A DNA stretch of 35,687 bases from a virus (IMGVR_UViG_3300020045_013145:1-35687); one strand, 5' to 3'; counted from the first letter of the stretch, positions 26,046 through 35,566 are shown. The notes: generated by a model from the letters alone, not told the origin. Numbers and translations are program-made.

Positions 26046-28007
26046 CTATAATCCTCTAAAGGCGCTTATTGCTGTTTGCACTGATTCTCTAGCATCCTTG
26101 ACTCCCTCTAATTGTGCAAGAGCTTCTTCATGACCAGCTTTGGCAATATTTAAAGCACTCTTTGTTTGCGTCTCTACAGTTTGTGCTTCTAGCTTGTTAG
26201 CTTCAGCAGCTTTTAGCTTGGTTTCAAGTTCAGCTAATTGCATGCGCAATGCTTCTTCTTTTTCTAATTTTGGATCAGGCTCTTTGCTATCTTCAATAGC
26301 TTTTTTCCAACTCATAACCAACTGCGCAGGGAATGGCGCGTAATCTAAAATATCAGGAGGTATCGGAATGTTAGCCTGCAATAGGCTTGGGAATAACATC
26401 ACCAATCTATCCCACACTAACTCACGCTGGTTAGGCGATGTAGGTGATTCATCAACTACAATGTCATACTTAAAGTTTAAATCTTTCTTAAACAATGGCA
26501 CGTATTTACCTAATCCTTGACCAGTAACTTTAATCAAACGACCGTCAGAAATATATTTCATTATATATTCAGCTAAAATACGTCCTTCTTCTTTGCGATA
26601 ACGACGCAACGCATCAAAGAAATCTGATACTACCGTGATACCTGCTTTCTTGCGCTCTTGCTCTAAGCGTGCTGCCTGCTCTCTGTCAGCCATACCAAGC
26701 ATTTCTAAATTAACGCCAACAACATCCGCAATAGAATCAATAGCATAACGCAATAACGAATCTATTTGAGCTGGGAATAATGGCGGCTCTTTCTTTTGAA
26801 TCTTACTTATACCGTTTTCATTTAACCAAGTAATTGAAGTGGTGGCTAGTGATTGTTCAGCTTGTCGGTTATCCTCAAACGCATCTGTTTCTGCAAAATA
26901 TCCGCCCTTGGCATTGCTATTAACAATATGTAAAGTTTGTGATAACCATTTATTGGCCCAACGCTGTGGATCTTTCATAATCTCAATTAATCCCAGCCAA
27001 ATGCCTTTGCTATGGTCAACTAATCCAGTCATGGCTCTAATAGTAAATCCATCAACCGGGCAATCACCTTGCTCTAAAATCATATTGCCAGCTAAAAATA
27101 TCTGTCTGTATTGTTTGCGATATTGTTTTAAATAACGCTTAGCAGTTAATACTATTTCTTTACGTTGGGCTTTGAATTCTTCACGGGTATATTCTTTGAC
27201 TGAACCGTCAATAAATTCGGCTCTATAAAATACTTCACGAATCCAATATTGATATTGAACCACTTGAACTTCGTCTTGTTTGTCGCGTTGCTCTTCAATT
27301 TTATCTGATTGATCATTAAGATAAAACGGTGCAAGTGTTGCATCATGTGGCTGCATGCCTCTTGGATCTGAATCCATATCACCTGTCATTTCATCTTCAG
27401 CATCAGGCCACATGGCAAAGAAATCTTTCTTGTTATAATGTCTGACTCTGGCTATCCAGTTAGCATCATCGAGATTGCGTTTTTGAGAGGTAGGATCATA
27501 TAACATATCAAGAGGATCCACACGCTCAACCAAAATAACGCCATCCGGATCAACTTCATAATCTAATCTCGTTTCAACAAACCCCATACCAGTCATCAAA
27601 CAATCTTTAAACGCTTGCGATTCTTCATCCTCAGCGTCGCAATTATCACGCACCCAATTGGCAGCAGATGTTAAAATATCCGAGCCAACCACATCGCCAT
27701 TAGTGCGAGGATAATAAGTAACTTCTTGTCGATTTTGGATTTCCAACCCAGCAACAGCATTAATGACACGAGGGATGCGGTTAAAAACAATTGTAGGTCT
27801 AGATTCTTCATTTAATTTCTGGTGATCCTCTTGTGACCATTGATGACCAGCAAAGAAGTCGTAAGATTCCCTAGCGGCTTCTTTCCATTCGTGCAAGTGA
27901 TCACGCGCATCTTTCAAGTTCTTATTAATTTCTCTGATGAGTAACATATCAGAGCTTGAAGTCATGAACCCTGGATCATCATCTTGACTGCCTGCTGCGC
28001 CTTCCAT
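26046..28007 (-). CDS. portal protein (P22 gp1-like)
   Basis: F.AG.QW, RP..VFNRI..I..V.G.E.QNR, G.GF.E.R.DY, KDPQR..NK, YDIVVDE.P. Confidence 0.9.
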   Translation of the reverse strand: MEGAAGSQDDDPGFMTSSSDMLLIREINKNLKDARDHLHEWKEAARESYDFFAGHQWSQEDHQKLNEESRPTIVFNRIPRVINAVAGLEIQNRQEVTYYPRTNGDVVGSDILTSAANWVRDNCDAEDEESQAFKDCLMTGMGFVETRLDYEVDPDGVILVERVDPLDMLYDPTSQKRNLDDANWIARVRHYNKKDFFAMWPDAEDEMTGDMDSDPRGMQPHDATLAPFYLNDQSDKIEEQRDKQDEVQVVQYQYWIREVFYRAEFIDGSVKEYTREEFKAQRKEIVLTAKRYLKQYRKQYRQIFLAGNMILEQGDCPVDGFTIRAMTGLVDHSKGIWLGLIEIMKDPQRWANKWLSQTLHIVNSNAKGGYFAETDAFEDNRQAEQSLATTSITWLNENGISKIQKKEPPLFPAQIDSLLRYAIDSIADVVGVNLEMLGMADREQAARLEQERKKAGITVVSDFFDALRRYRKEEGRILAEYIMKYISDGRLIKVTGQGLGKYVPLFKKDLNFKYDIVVDESPTSPNQRELVWDRLVMLFPSLLQANIPIPPDILDYAPFPAQLVMSWKKAIEDSKEPDPKLEKEEALRMQLAELETKLKAAEANKLEAQTVETQTKSALNIAKAGHEEALAQLEGVKDARESVQTAISAFRGL

Positions 28008-28052
28008 AGTCTGTATCCTGTTATATTAATTTAATATGCCGATAAGTATAGC

Positions 28053-29609
28053 CTATACACCCCATGCGCTGCTAGGCACACCTTTGCCACCTCTTGGAGC
28101 ATATCTATCACGCTTTTCTATTAACTTTGGCCACTTTAGCCCCAAGTCTTCATCTGTTATTCTAGCTAAGCTGTCCAGCATATCATCATGCAAACTAACC
28201 GGGAAGTTTAAATACTCCTCGTTAATAAACGCTTGCGTCAAGTCCTCGGTACGACCCTCGATGTTTGTACGATTCTGGCTAATAGGCAAGTAAATACGAT
28301 GCGACTCAAATAATGGTATAAGCTTCCTGACTCGATCAATCTTAGAAAGATTCCCACCCAGCTCGGTTATCTTAAATCGATAGTTAACCCGATTCTGTAA
28401 ATCTTTAATATGTGCTATGTCAGCCTGCATGCCGTAACGCTCATAGCCAACATTTAACGGTTTGTACTTACGATGTAGCATGAATAAAACATCAGCCCGC
28501 TCAGTAAGAGATAATTTATCACGCACCCATTCAAGTATGTAGAAATTATTATCGGCTGATAAGCCAACCACAGTAATAGCGGTAAAATCAGATGTTTTCT
28601 TTTTCTCATTTGCTGGATCAACCAAGATATAAACATTCATATTGCCCCACGTGGAACACTCATGAAACTCTAACCAATCACGCTTAAAGCCTTGTGATTC
28701 ATCGGCTGCCGGGGATTGTAGCATCTGTGAGTTGAACACATAGCTACCCATGTCGCGACGCTTTTGTGCCAAGCTTTCACGCGTCATAAGCACTGGCTCG
28801 CCATCAATGGAGCCGTCAATAGTTGCCGGATGAATACGCGGTTTAGCAGCCCCTCTGCGCATCATCTCAGCATAACTGTCGTTATAGTGATATCTAGTGC
28901 CAATATATCTACGCAAGCCATGCTCAGAGCCTAGATTAAGCGACAGCGCCCATGCTTCGGTCGTCTTCTCAATCATTTGCGGCGAGCGTACATTTTCAAT
29001 TGTCACCACGTCATCGTAAATCGACAAGTAAAAGTGCTTAGATGTAGGCTGCCCATCGACCAAGCCATGCGCCTCAACTGTACCTTCTTTTGGATTAGAC
29101 TTGCGCTTTAAAATAATGCCAGCATCTAACGACCAGACCGGGGCTTCTTTGTCAGGGTTTTGCCAAATAACATCAGGGAATAAACCGCGCAAACCTTCGT
29201 TGCTTTCAAATTCGCGCTTTATTTGCGCTAGGAACTGTTTTGCAATCGGACGAGTACAACTGAATATGCCACAAGTAATCTCCACGCCATGCCATTTAGG
29301 TAGCGGATTATCACCATGCGAACCTAATATGTCTTGTATTGTTTTAGCAAAGGTTATGACGGTAGATTTATAATGCCCACGAGACCATAAATCTAAATGG
29401 CCATCAGGCGATAATTCAACCTCGCGACATCTCTCTAGTATCCATTGATTAACCGCATCTTTACGTTTAAGCAGTACGGTAAGCAGAAAGAATAAGTCGG
29501 TTCGAGCCATGTCACGGCCAACTAAATGCTGGTCGTCTGGAGGCAGCTTAAAGAAAAGCTCACAGAACTTTTTGTAGTCGGCAATTGTTTTTAAATCAGG
29601 TTTTGGCAT
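28053..29609 (-). CDS. terL: terminase large subunit
   Basis: Walker A RGHYKST, Walker B IYDD, GTRY, nuclease VDPA, K..R, HDD.LD. Confidence 0.9.
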   Translation of the reverse strand: MPKPDLKTIADYKKFCELFFKLPPDDQHLVGRDMARTDLFFLLTVLLKRKDAVNQWILERCREVELSPDGHLDLWSRGHYKSTVITFAKTIQDILGSHGDNPLPKWHGVEITCGIFSCTRPIAKQFLAQIKREFESNEGLRGLFPDVIWQNPDKEAPVWSLDAGIILKRKSNPKEGTVEAHGLVDGQPTSKHFYLSIYDDVVTIENVRSPQMIEKTTEAWALSLNLGSEHGLRRYIGTRYHYNDSYAEMMRRGAAKPRIHPATIDGSIDGEPVLMTRESLAQKRRDMGSYVFNSQMLQSPAADESQGFKRDWLEFHECSTWGNMNVYILVDPANEKKKTSDFTAITVVGLSADNNFYILEWVRDKLSLTERADVLFMLHRKYKPLNVGYERYGMQADIAHIKDLQNRVNYRFKITELGGNLSKIDRVRKLIPLFESHRIYLPISQNRTNIEGRTEDLTQAFINEEYLNFPVSLHDDMLDSLARITDEDLGLKWPKLIEKRDRYAPRGGKGVPSSAWGV

Positions 29610-30126
29610 CTACGGCCGCATAGTATGGATTATGGTTTAAAATCTTTTGCATTATATCCTCTCGAGAAGGGCGAGCTGCTGCAAAAACAAACTCTGCATA
29701 CCGATGTTCCCCGACTCTATAGCGAACATCCCAACCGCTCATGGGCAAGCGAGGATCACACTCAATCTCTCGCACAGCCTCTATCACAGGACTCTTGTAT
29801 GGCGTAATATTGACGCCCTCATTTATTAGACTGACAGCCTCGCTAACTAGCTGGGAGTGATCAATCCTATCTTCCCATCCATTTTTATAAAAAAAACGTT
29901 TAACTTTAGGCTCGATTAAAAATTGAAAACCGAAATCACGTATCTTACAGATAAAAATGGGCCATCTCTGTTCGCTCCAATAGTCGACATCCCTGAAAAA
30001 CAGATGTTTTTTAAAGGTGTGCAAACTAGTGACATGTTGAGGATTATCTGACGGAGATATTTCAACCTCATCTATGCCAGTAATCTTTTTAATCGCTGGC
30101 AGCAAAAAGGGCGCGACAGTAATCAT
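29596..30126 (-). CDS. hypothetical protein inserted between terS and terL
   Basis: 176 aa ORF overlapping both neighbours. Confidence 0.7.
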   Translation of the reverse strand: MITVAPFLLPAIKKITGIDEVEISPSDNPQHVTSLHTFKKHLFFRDVDYWSEQRWPIFICKIRDFGFQFLIEPKVKRFFYKNGWEDRIDHSQLVSEAVSLINEGVNITPYKSPVIEAVREIECDPRLPMSGWDVRYRVGEHRYAEFVFAAARPSREDIMQKILNHNPYYAAVDAKT

Positions 30127-30203
30127 TTTTCCTGTGCCACCTTACGGTCTTCGTCTTCCTCATGCTCACAGTTTTTACATATTTTTAAATCAGGTTTTGG
30201 CAT
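30123..30203 (-). CDS. 26 aa ORF starting MPKPDLK, like TerL (relic of original terL start)
   Basis: TAATG and ATGA coupling with neighbours. Confidence 0.5.
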   Translation of the reverse strand: MPKPDLKICKNCEHEEDEDRKVAQEK

Positions 30204-30304
30204 TATTTAAATGGCGAATAAGTAGATGGATCACTAAGAACCCACATTACAGCTAAAAACATTATAACCATACCAGTAACCAATCCTATAAAAAACCAAG
30301 TCAT
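30203..30304 (-). CDS. 33 aa single-TM peptide
   Basis: ATGA overlap with terS; MTWFFIGLVTGMVIMFLAVMWVL. Confidence 0.5.
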   Translation of the reverse strand: MTWFFIGLVTGMVIMFLAVMWVLSDPSTYSPFK

Positions 30305-30702
30305 TTTTCTTCTATAGCCTCAACTGCAAACGCATCTTGCATGCAACCGTAAATCTGCTCTAAATGCGCCGTATGATTAACTTGCAATGGCTGACCATCT
30401 TTGCCCGTTAACTCAACCTTATCGGATAACTTGCCATAATGCCTATCAAATATTTCTTTAATCGCCGGTATGTCACCACGCGTAGCTTTATGCAACAAAG
30501 CCAATACAGTCGCATCTATAACCGACCGCTTATCTTTGGTGCCATCAGGTAAAATAACCGCTGTATCAAGGTTTAAATACTGCTCTAGCTTGGCTTTCAA
30601 CGCAGCCTGACCACTACCAATAGGCCTGCCACCACCAGGATTACCAGGTTTGAATCTAGTTTCAATGCCAATATTGTTGCCTAAATTGGGGTCGGCATAC
30701 AT
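30301..30702 (-). CDS. terS: terminase small subunit
   Basis: RFKPGNPG.GRP.GS, A..GD..AIKEI.DR..GK, VELTGKDG.PL. Confidence 0.75.
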   Translation of the reverse strand: MYADPNLGNNIGIETRFKPGNPGGGRPIGSGQAALKAKLEQYLNLDTAVILPDGTKDKRSVIDATVLALLHKATRGDIPAIKEIFDRHYGKLSDKVELTGKDGQPLQVNHTAHLEQIYGCMQDAFAVEAIEEK

Positions 30703-30766
30703 AACTTAGCTCCCCGAATTTTACCCGTTTTTATCTTTATAACTAAATTGTTCAATTTTTGAACAG

Positions 30767-30949
30767 CTATCTTTCTTCGTTCCAATATTTAGCCGCTGCT
30801 AACGAATCCGTATAAAACCCAGGCTGTGGATATTTGCAATCAAGACATACAATAAATACAGCATTCTTGCTCGGCCTTTCAAACATTAGCTTGCCGCTAT
30901 TACATTTCGGACAATTCAACAATAACTGTGGTTCTGCTTTCATAATCAA
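30767..30949 (-). CDS. Lar-like zinc-finger protein
   Basis: CPKC...VCLDC....AA..WNE. Confidence 0.55.
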   Translation of the reverse strand: MIMKAEPQLLLNCPKCNSGKLMFERPSKNAVFIVCLDCKYPQPGFYTDSLAAAKYWNEER

Positions 30950-31136
30950 ATGTTAAACATATTACGCCCAACTGTCAAGGATTCCTCGGTAGTTGCTTCT
31001 CCACAATAGATTTTAAATACTCTATCTGCGCCCTAGCTCTAGCCTTAGTCGAACGACTATAGCTTGCATACCTAAGCAATAGCTTCATAGTCTCTGCATA
31101 CGAGGGCACTGGATACGGCATTTCATTCTCATCTGG

Positions 31137-31907
31137 CTATTTTTGAAGCACAGAGCTTAACATCTTTTCTCTCCAATCGTTAGGGTCGCTTAATTTCTCA
31201 CGCTCGCGACAATCACGCTTATATTTCGCCTCATCCCATACTTCATGCGAACTAGGTGCAAAAACGGCTGTATTCGCTTCAGGCTGCGTATAACCATGCT
31301 TGAGAGCATCGGTTAACCATGCAATAGGACTTCTCACCCCCTTAGCCTTTAGCAAAGCCTCTAAATGAAACTCTACCTTCTCCCTAGAGTTAGCTTCAAT
31401 TAAGTACATCAGCTCAAATTCCTTTATGCCAAGCCCTAATGCTTTTCTAATAATTTTTTCATCAACAACGACGGCCTTGTTGTTGTTCTCTTTAGTCTTA
31501 CTCTCAGGTTTAGTATTACTAAAGGGCGGGTTTACCACTTGTGGGTTATCCACTTGTGGAAAATCCGCTTCTGGACAAACCTCTTGTACCGCAACGCTTG
31601 TAGGGATTTCGTGTACCTCCATTATCCATTGTTTAATTCTTCCCCTTTCGTCTCGCTCATTGCTTATAGATAGGTGCCCAGCTAACTGCAATTCTTTGAT
31701 TCCAGCCTTCAAGGAGTCTTTGCCATCAGAGCTTAGCGTTACAAGGTGATCTCTATGGAAGTCCCAAGTATCTGGAAGACTAAGCATGATACACATTAAC
31801 CCCTTGGCTTTAAGGCTTAGTTTGGCGTCATACAAAATGTCATTAGATATCTGCGTGAAGTTGCGATTTTTGATTACTCGATAAATGGTCTTAACTGTCT
31901 CGGACAT
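31137..31907 (-). CDS. phage replication initiator (wHTH)
   Basis: NFTQISN..L.D..LSLKAKGL...LSLP..W; P-x4 repeat linker; SP.AWL..AL..GY. Confidence 0.8.
   Translation of the reverse strand: MSETVKTIYRVIKNRNFTQISNDILYDAKLSLKAKGLMCIMLSLPDTWDFHRDHLVTLSSDGKDSLKAGIKELQLAGHLSISNERDERGRIKQWIMEVHEIPTSVAVQEVCPEADFPQVDNPQVVNPPFSNTKPESKTKENNNKAVVVDEKIIRKALGLGIKEFELMYLIEANSREKVEFHLEALLKAKGVRSPIAWLTDALKHGYTQPEANTAVFAPSSHEVWDEAKYKRDCREREKLSDPNDWREKMLSSVLQK
31528..31575. repeat. iteron-like 15 bp tandem repeats (putative ori)
   Basis: GGGTTTACCACTTGT / GGGTTATCCACTTGT / GGAAAATCCGCTTCT inside rep gene; includes TTATCCAC. Confidence 0.65.
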
Positions 31908-32478
31908 AACTAACTCCCTGTTAAATTAAAACGAACGAAATTCTCCAACAATAAAGTGGATCAACTGAACTAAATAGGTCTGATGGGTTGCGTGCTGCTG
32001 CGGATATGGTATGCTTAGCTCATTCATGTTGTTTGTCCTTGATGCCCTGGCTGAGCGCGGTCAAAACACAAAGCCAGGGCAAACTTAAAAATAATTCCTC
32101 AAATCTACGTGTAAACTCACATAAGATCAACTCTACCAACCAAATATATTTTGTGGCATTATATATCTCCACCTTTTTAAGCGCGCCCCAGTGACGTTTA
32201 ATGATTTTGCCTTGGGTAAGCAACTCCAGGGCGCATTTACGAGTATAGAACATGGAACACTCCAAAACCTTCGTTTTTCAAGAAATAACACACGGCAACT
32301 CTATATTCTATCTATGGTTCAAAATGGCCGAAGAAACAGATACCAATGCCGGTATAGTACCAGATCGACTCCTAACCCCAGAAGAACATTGGGGCGCTTT
32401 GATGTATGAATAATTCTTTCCTATACTCAAATGGCGTACTGCGTTTACTCCTAACATAATAATTCCCTAAATTTACTT

Positions 32479-32498
32479 ACCCTCTTAACAAAGAGGGT
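32479..32498. promoter_or_regulatory. 8 bp hairpin/operator at the divergent control region
   Basis: ACCCTCTT-AACA-AAGAGGGT. Confidence 0.5.
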
Positions 32499-32523
32499 TC
32501 TTCTTATATACTTTGTTTAACAA

Positions 32524-32709
32524 ATGTTTTACAATAGCTATATGCAAAAACTTAAATGTGACCGACATCTTGGAATTAGATTAACCTCGGAGGACAACGA
32601 GGTTTTAATAGCTCTTGCTCGTAAAGCACGAGTATCTAAATCTCGATATTGCCGCGACCTACTGCGTAAAGCAATGATGCAACAAATTAGAAAGGATTCA
32701 AAATCATGA
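32524..32709 (+). CDS. ribbon-helix-helix regulator (likely start 32542)
   Basis: HLGIRLT.E....L..LARK..VSKS.Y.R.LL. Confidence 0.7.
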   Translation: MFYNSYMQKLKCDRHLGIRLTSEDNEVLIALARKARVSKSRYCRDLLRKAMMQQIRKDSKS

Positions 32710-32867
32710 TCCAAACCATAACTTTTGGCTTAATTGCCTTCTTCTTAGGCATACTAATGGGCGCCGCTGCCTATGCCATAATTATACCTCAACAGCCTTG
32801 CGGAAGATTTTATGTAGAGCTGTTAGACGAATCTGTTATTAACGATCCCGACAAAAACCATCAATAA
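32706..32867 (+). CDS. 53 aa membrane protein (not in ORF track)
   Basis: ATGA overlap; hydrophobic N-terminus. Confidence 0.5.
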   Translation: MIQTITFGLIAFFLGILMGAAAYAIIIPQQPCGRFYVELLDESVINDPDKNHQ

Positions 32868-32947
32868 CCATATAAGGCTGTTGACATCCGTATAACATTG
32901 TGTAACAATACAACCATATTGCTGAAGGCAACAAATAGGTGGATAAA

Positions 32948-33097
32948 ATGACAGCATGTAGAGTAACTGTAGATTTAAACAAGTGGCAGTCTGAGCAGTG
33001 GGATTGTACATGTGCTCCTGGTGTGACATTAAATGATATAGAAAAGTTATGTCAAAACTGTTTATGTAATCACCCTGATTATTTTGAGGAAGATTAA
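32948..33097 (+). CDS. 49 aa Cys-rich protein (not in ORF track)
   Basis: AGGTGG RBS; TTGACA at 32881 upstream; CTC...CQNC. Confidence 0.5.
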   Translation: MTACRVTVDLNKWQSEQWDCTCAPGVTLNDIEKLCQNCLCNHPDYFEED

Positions 33098-33279
33098 TGA
33101 GTCATCCATATGCTGATGGTGGCTTTACATATATAGACAAAGAGCTTCTTAGTATTTTGGACAAGCTTATTAAAAAGAAATTTATATGTGATCTAGACGT
33201 TGTCACTCGAATAAAAGATTTACAGAGATTTGCAGCTAGATGCGCGAATTTTACGGAGCGAGGCTTAGATGATAAGTAA
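33097..33279 (+). CDS. hypothetical protein
   Basis: GAGGA RBS; TAATG overlap. Confidence 0.6.
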   Translation: MSHPYADGGFTYIDKELLSILDKLIKKKFICDLDVVTRIKDLQRFAARCANFTERGLDDK

Positions 33280-33433
33280 TGAAACATATAGCGAGACAAT
33301 AGGCATGCGCTTAAAGCCAAGCATGCTTAATAGATTAATAGCAGCAGCGGCAATGCATAATTTGCCAACTGCGGTATTTGCACGTTGGGTAATATTAAAT
33401 TATTTGGACAAGATGCCAACGGCGAAAAAATAG
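33269..33433 (+). CDS. 54 aa RHH-like regulator (not in ORF track)
   Basis: GAGG RBS; TIGMRLKPSMLNRLIAAA....LPTAVFARWVI. Confidence 0.55.
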   Translation: MISNETYSETIGMRLKPSMLNRLIAAAAMHNLPTAVFARWVILNYLDKMPTAKK

Positions 33434-33459
33434 TTAATCAAACACAGGGAGGTGTTTTC

Positions 33460-33807
33460 TTGGTTGCGTTAGAATTGCCGTGGCCGCCCAGTTCTAATAC
33501 ATATTGGCGGCGCAATGGTGGGAGATATTTTATAGCTGCGCCTGGGATTGCATACAGACAGCAAGTGGTAATATTGGGTAGATGTTATCGTGATTATTTC
33601 AGCAAAGATAAAAGGTTGTCGGTAATAGTGGAGGCATACCCTCCTGATAGACGCAGACGTGATGTAGATAATATTTTTAAGTCGCTATTGGATGCCATGA
33701 TGTGGGCAAAGATTTACGTTGACGATAGTCAGATTGATAAACTGTTTGTAGAAAGGAAGGATGTGACACCACCTGGTCGGGTAATTGTAACAATTGAAGA
33801 GGCTTAA
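33460..33807 (+). CDS. rusA: RusA Holliday-junction resolvase
   Basis: LPWPPS.N.YWR, PPDRRRRD.DN..K.LLDA, DDSQID; GGAGG RBS before TTG 33460. Confidence 0.9.
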   Translation: MVALELPWPPSSNTYWRRNGGRYFIAAPGIAYRQQVVILGRCYRDYFSKDKRLSVIVEAYPPDRRRRDVDNIFKSLLDAMMWAKIYVDDSQIDKLFVERKDVTPPGRVIVTIEEA

Positions 33808-34026
33808 ATGGATTTAAAGCGATGGTGTTGGGTTATGTTGTTGGTGGGTTTTACTATTGCGTGTTTGATAGTGATTCGTACTGAGATAGTGTTAGTAAGG
33901 CGAGAGCTAATTAAGATTAGAATAATCTTAGATGAGTGTGGGTGTGAATGTGAAGAGGTGTACATGGTTGATCCAATTGAGCAAACGATCCAACCATGGC
34001 CATCGATAGATGATGTAGCAGCATGA
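33808..34026 (+). CDS. single-TM hypothetical protein
   Basis: GAGG RBS; hydrophobic N-terminus. Confidence 0.6.
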   Translation: MDLKRWCWVMLLVGFTIACLIVIRTEIVLVRRELIKIRIILDECGCECEEVYMVDPIEQTIQPWPSIDDVAA

Positions 34027-34041
34027 TAAGGAAAGCTAAAC

Positions 34042-34395
34042 ATGAAGGTTCAAGGCAAAGTATGGGGCGCGAGTTACCCTCTATTCAATAAAAACAATGT
34101 AGAAATCTCCGCAATTTCAATTAAAAAAGGTGGCTTTTGTTCAAAGCACCTGCATACCACAAAATATAATATGTTCGTAGTAAATAAAGGCAAGCTAAAA
34201 GTTACCATATGGAAAGATTATGGCTCTGAAGTATTGGAAGATGTAAGCTTTTTATTTCCTGGCATGGAAACAACTGTATCCCCTGGCGATTATCATATGT
34301 TTGAAGCCCTTGAAGATACCGAGGCGTTAGAGATTTACTGGGTGGAGTTAGACGCTAACGATATTAAGCGAGTTAATCATGGGGGTATGAAGTGA
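34042..34395 (+). CDS. cupin (mannose-6-phosphate isomerase-like)
   Basis: KVWG, G..CS.H.H..K.N.F.V..G, V.PG.YH.F, EIY. Confidence 0.8.
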   Translation: MKVQGKVWGASYPLFNKNNVEISAISIKKGGFCSKHLHTTKYNMFVVNKGKLKVTIWKDYGSEVLEDVSFLFPGMETTVSPGDYHMFEALEDTEALEIYWVELDANDIKRVNHGGMK

Positions 34396-34811
34396 TCCCA
34401 AAGTTTCGGGCGTGGCATAAAAGCTTAAAGAAAATGTATGATGTGATAAAGATTGAAACACGCACATTAGATGATAATTTAATGCTTGGGCTTGCCGAGA
34501 TAAATAAACTTGCTGGGTTTTTAGACAATGTTCCAAGTGAGCACACAGAGCTAATGCAATGGACTGGGTTTAAAGATATGCCTGGCATTGATATCTATGA
34601 AGGCGATATTTTTTATCATAGAATTTTTGATCAAAAAATACCTTTATATTTTGTAGTGATTTGGGAAAATGGCGGTTTTAGGATAAAAGATACAAAATAT
34701 GATTTGTATACTTTTTTAAGAGAAATGGGATCGGATACAAAAGTAGTCGGTAATATTTACGAAAACCCAGAATTATTGGAAGAATCAAATGATAACCAAG
34801 GAAGATGCTGA
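34392..34811 (+). CDS. YopX-family protein
   Basis: KFRAW, LMQ.TG.KD..G..IYEGDI, VVGNIYENPELLE. Confidence 0.9.
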   Translation: MIPKFRAWHKSLKKMYDVIKIETRTLDDNLMLGLAEINKLAGFLDNVPSEHTELMQWTGFKDMPGIDIYEGDIFYHRIFDQKIPLYFVVIWENGGFRIKDTKYDLYTFLREMGSDTKVVGNIYENPELLEESNDNQGRC

Positions 34812-34953
34812 TTTTATAATTACTGAAATTATAAAAAAAGAAACACTAGAGTGGATGGATGCTACTGGGACTAGCCAGAAAGGCAAGTTAGTGGTTAATT
34901 TTGAGAATGTTAAAGATATTATCTATGAATGTGTCAGCGAGAGACGAACATGA
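34789..34953 (+). CDS. 54 aa hypothetical protein (not in ORF track)
   Basis: Overlaps both neighbours; MITKEDADF... Confidence 0.5.
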   Translation: MITKEDADFIITEIIKKETLEWMDATGTSQKGKLVVNFENVKDIIYECVSERRT

Positions 34954-35135
34954 GCTTTGAAAAAGAAACCAACATTACTTTATTTTTTACTGTTGTAGTG
35001 TTGGCATTTACCAATGGACTTTGTTATTACCTCTGGCAAGACACTAAAGAACGGTTAAGGGTTATGACTTTAGAGAATAGGGTTATGACTTTAGAGAATA
35101 AAGTATGGCGAGATATAAGACATAATGATCATTAA
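34950..35135 (+). CDS. single-TM protein with a tandem 21 bp repeat
   Basis: TM helix; AGGGTTATGACTTTAGAGAAT x2 (35058-35099) = RVMTLEN x2. Confidence 0.55.
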   Translation: MSFEKETNITLFFTVVVLAFTNGLCYYLWQDTKERLRVMTLENRVMTLENKVWRDIRHNDH

Positions 35136-35201
35136 GCAAATATTAGTGATGAGCTTGATAATTATATTAGTGTATTTTGGAGCACTTGTTGCAGCCAGTT
35201 T

Positions 35202-35516
35202 ATGGGGAATACTATGAAATATAAAGAAAAAGTCATTGGTTTTCAAATAAATGGTGTAATCTATACTGGCGTTAAAGCTATTAAAATGTTTAAAGCCGCG
35301 GGTAATTATGAGCGTGTTATTACAAAACAAATTGCTCAGTTTATGGCGGCGCTTGATTTAGGGTATCAATGGGAGCAATTAGCTAAAGCCCCGATAATAT
35401 TGATAATAGAGGATGGCGAAATTAGATTGCCAACTTTAGAAGAAAACGAATACAAATATTATGTATGGGATAAAAATAATACTGTGAAGCAAGAAAGGTT
35501 TGAGCATTTAGAATGA
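35202..35516 (+). CDS. hypothetical protein
   Basis: Operon packing. Confidence 0.6.
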   Translation: MGNTMKYKEKVIGFQINGVIYTGVKAIKMFKAAGNYERVITKQIAQFMAALDLGYQWEQLAKAPIILIIEDGEIRLPTLEENEYKYYVWDKNNTVKQERFEHLE

Positions 35517-35566
35517 AAAGTTTTGTAGCGCGAGCAATTATATATTGGTGGACTCTATTAGGTATG

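Larger units (their letters stand above)
29588..30203. repeat. 22 bp direct repeat (29588-29609 and 30182-30203) = first codons of terL
   Basis: TTTTTAAATCAGGTTTTGGCAT identical at both sites; 594 bp apart. Confidence 0.9.

Noticed and set aside
31988-32458. ORFs upstream of rep (32020-32265 -, 31988-32194 +, 32191-32409 +)
   Set aside because: Conflicting frames with no recognisable motifs; cannot decide which, if any, is real
33047-33057. Second XerD-like arm TTATGTCAAAA
   Set aside because: No convincing XerC arm, and it lies inside a coding region
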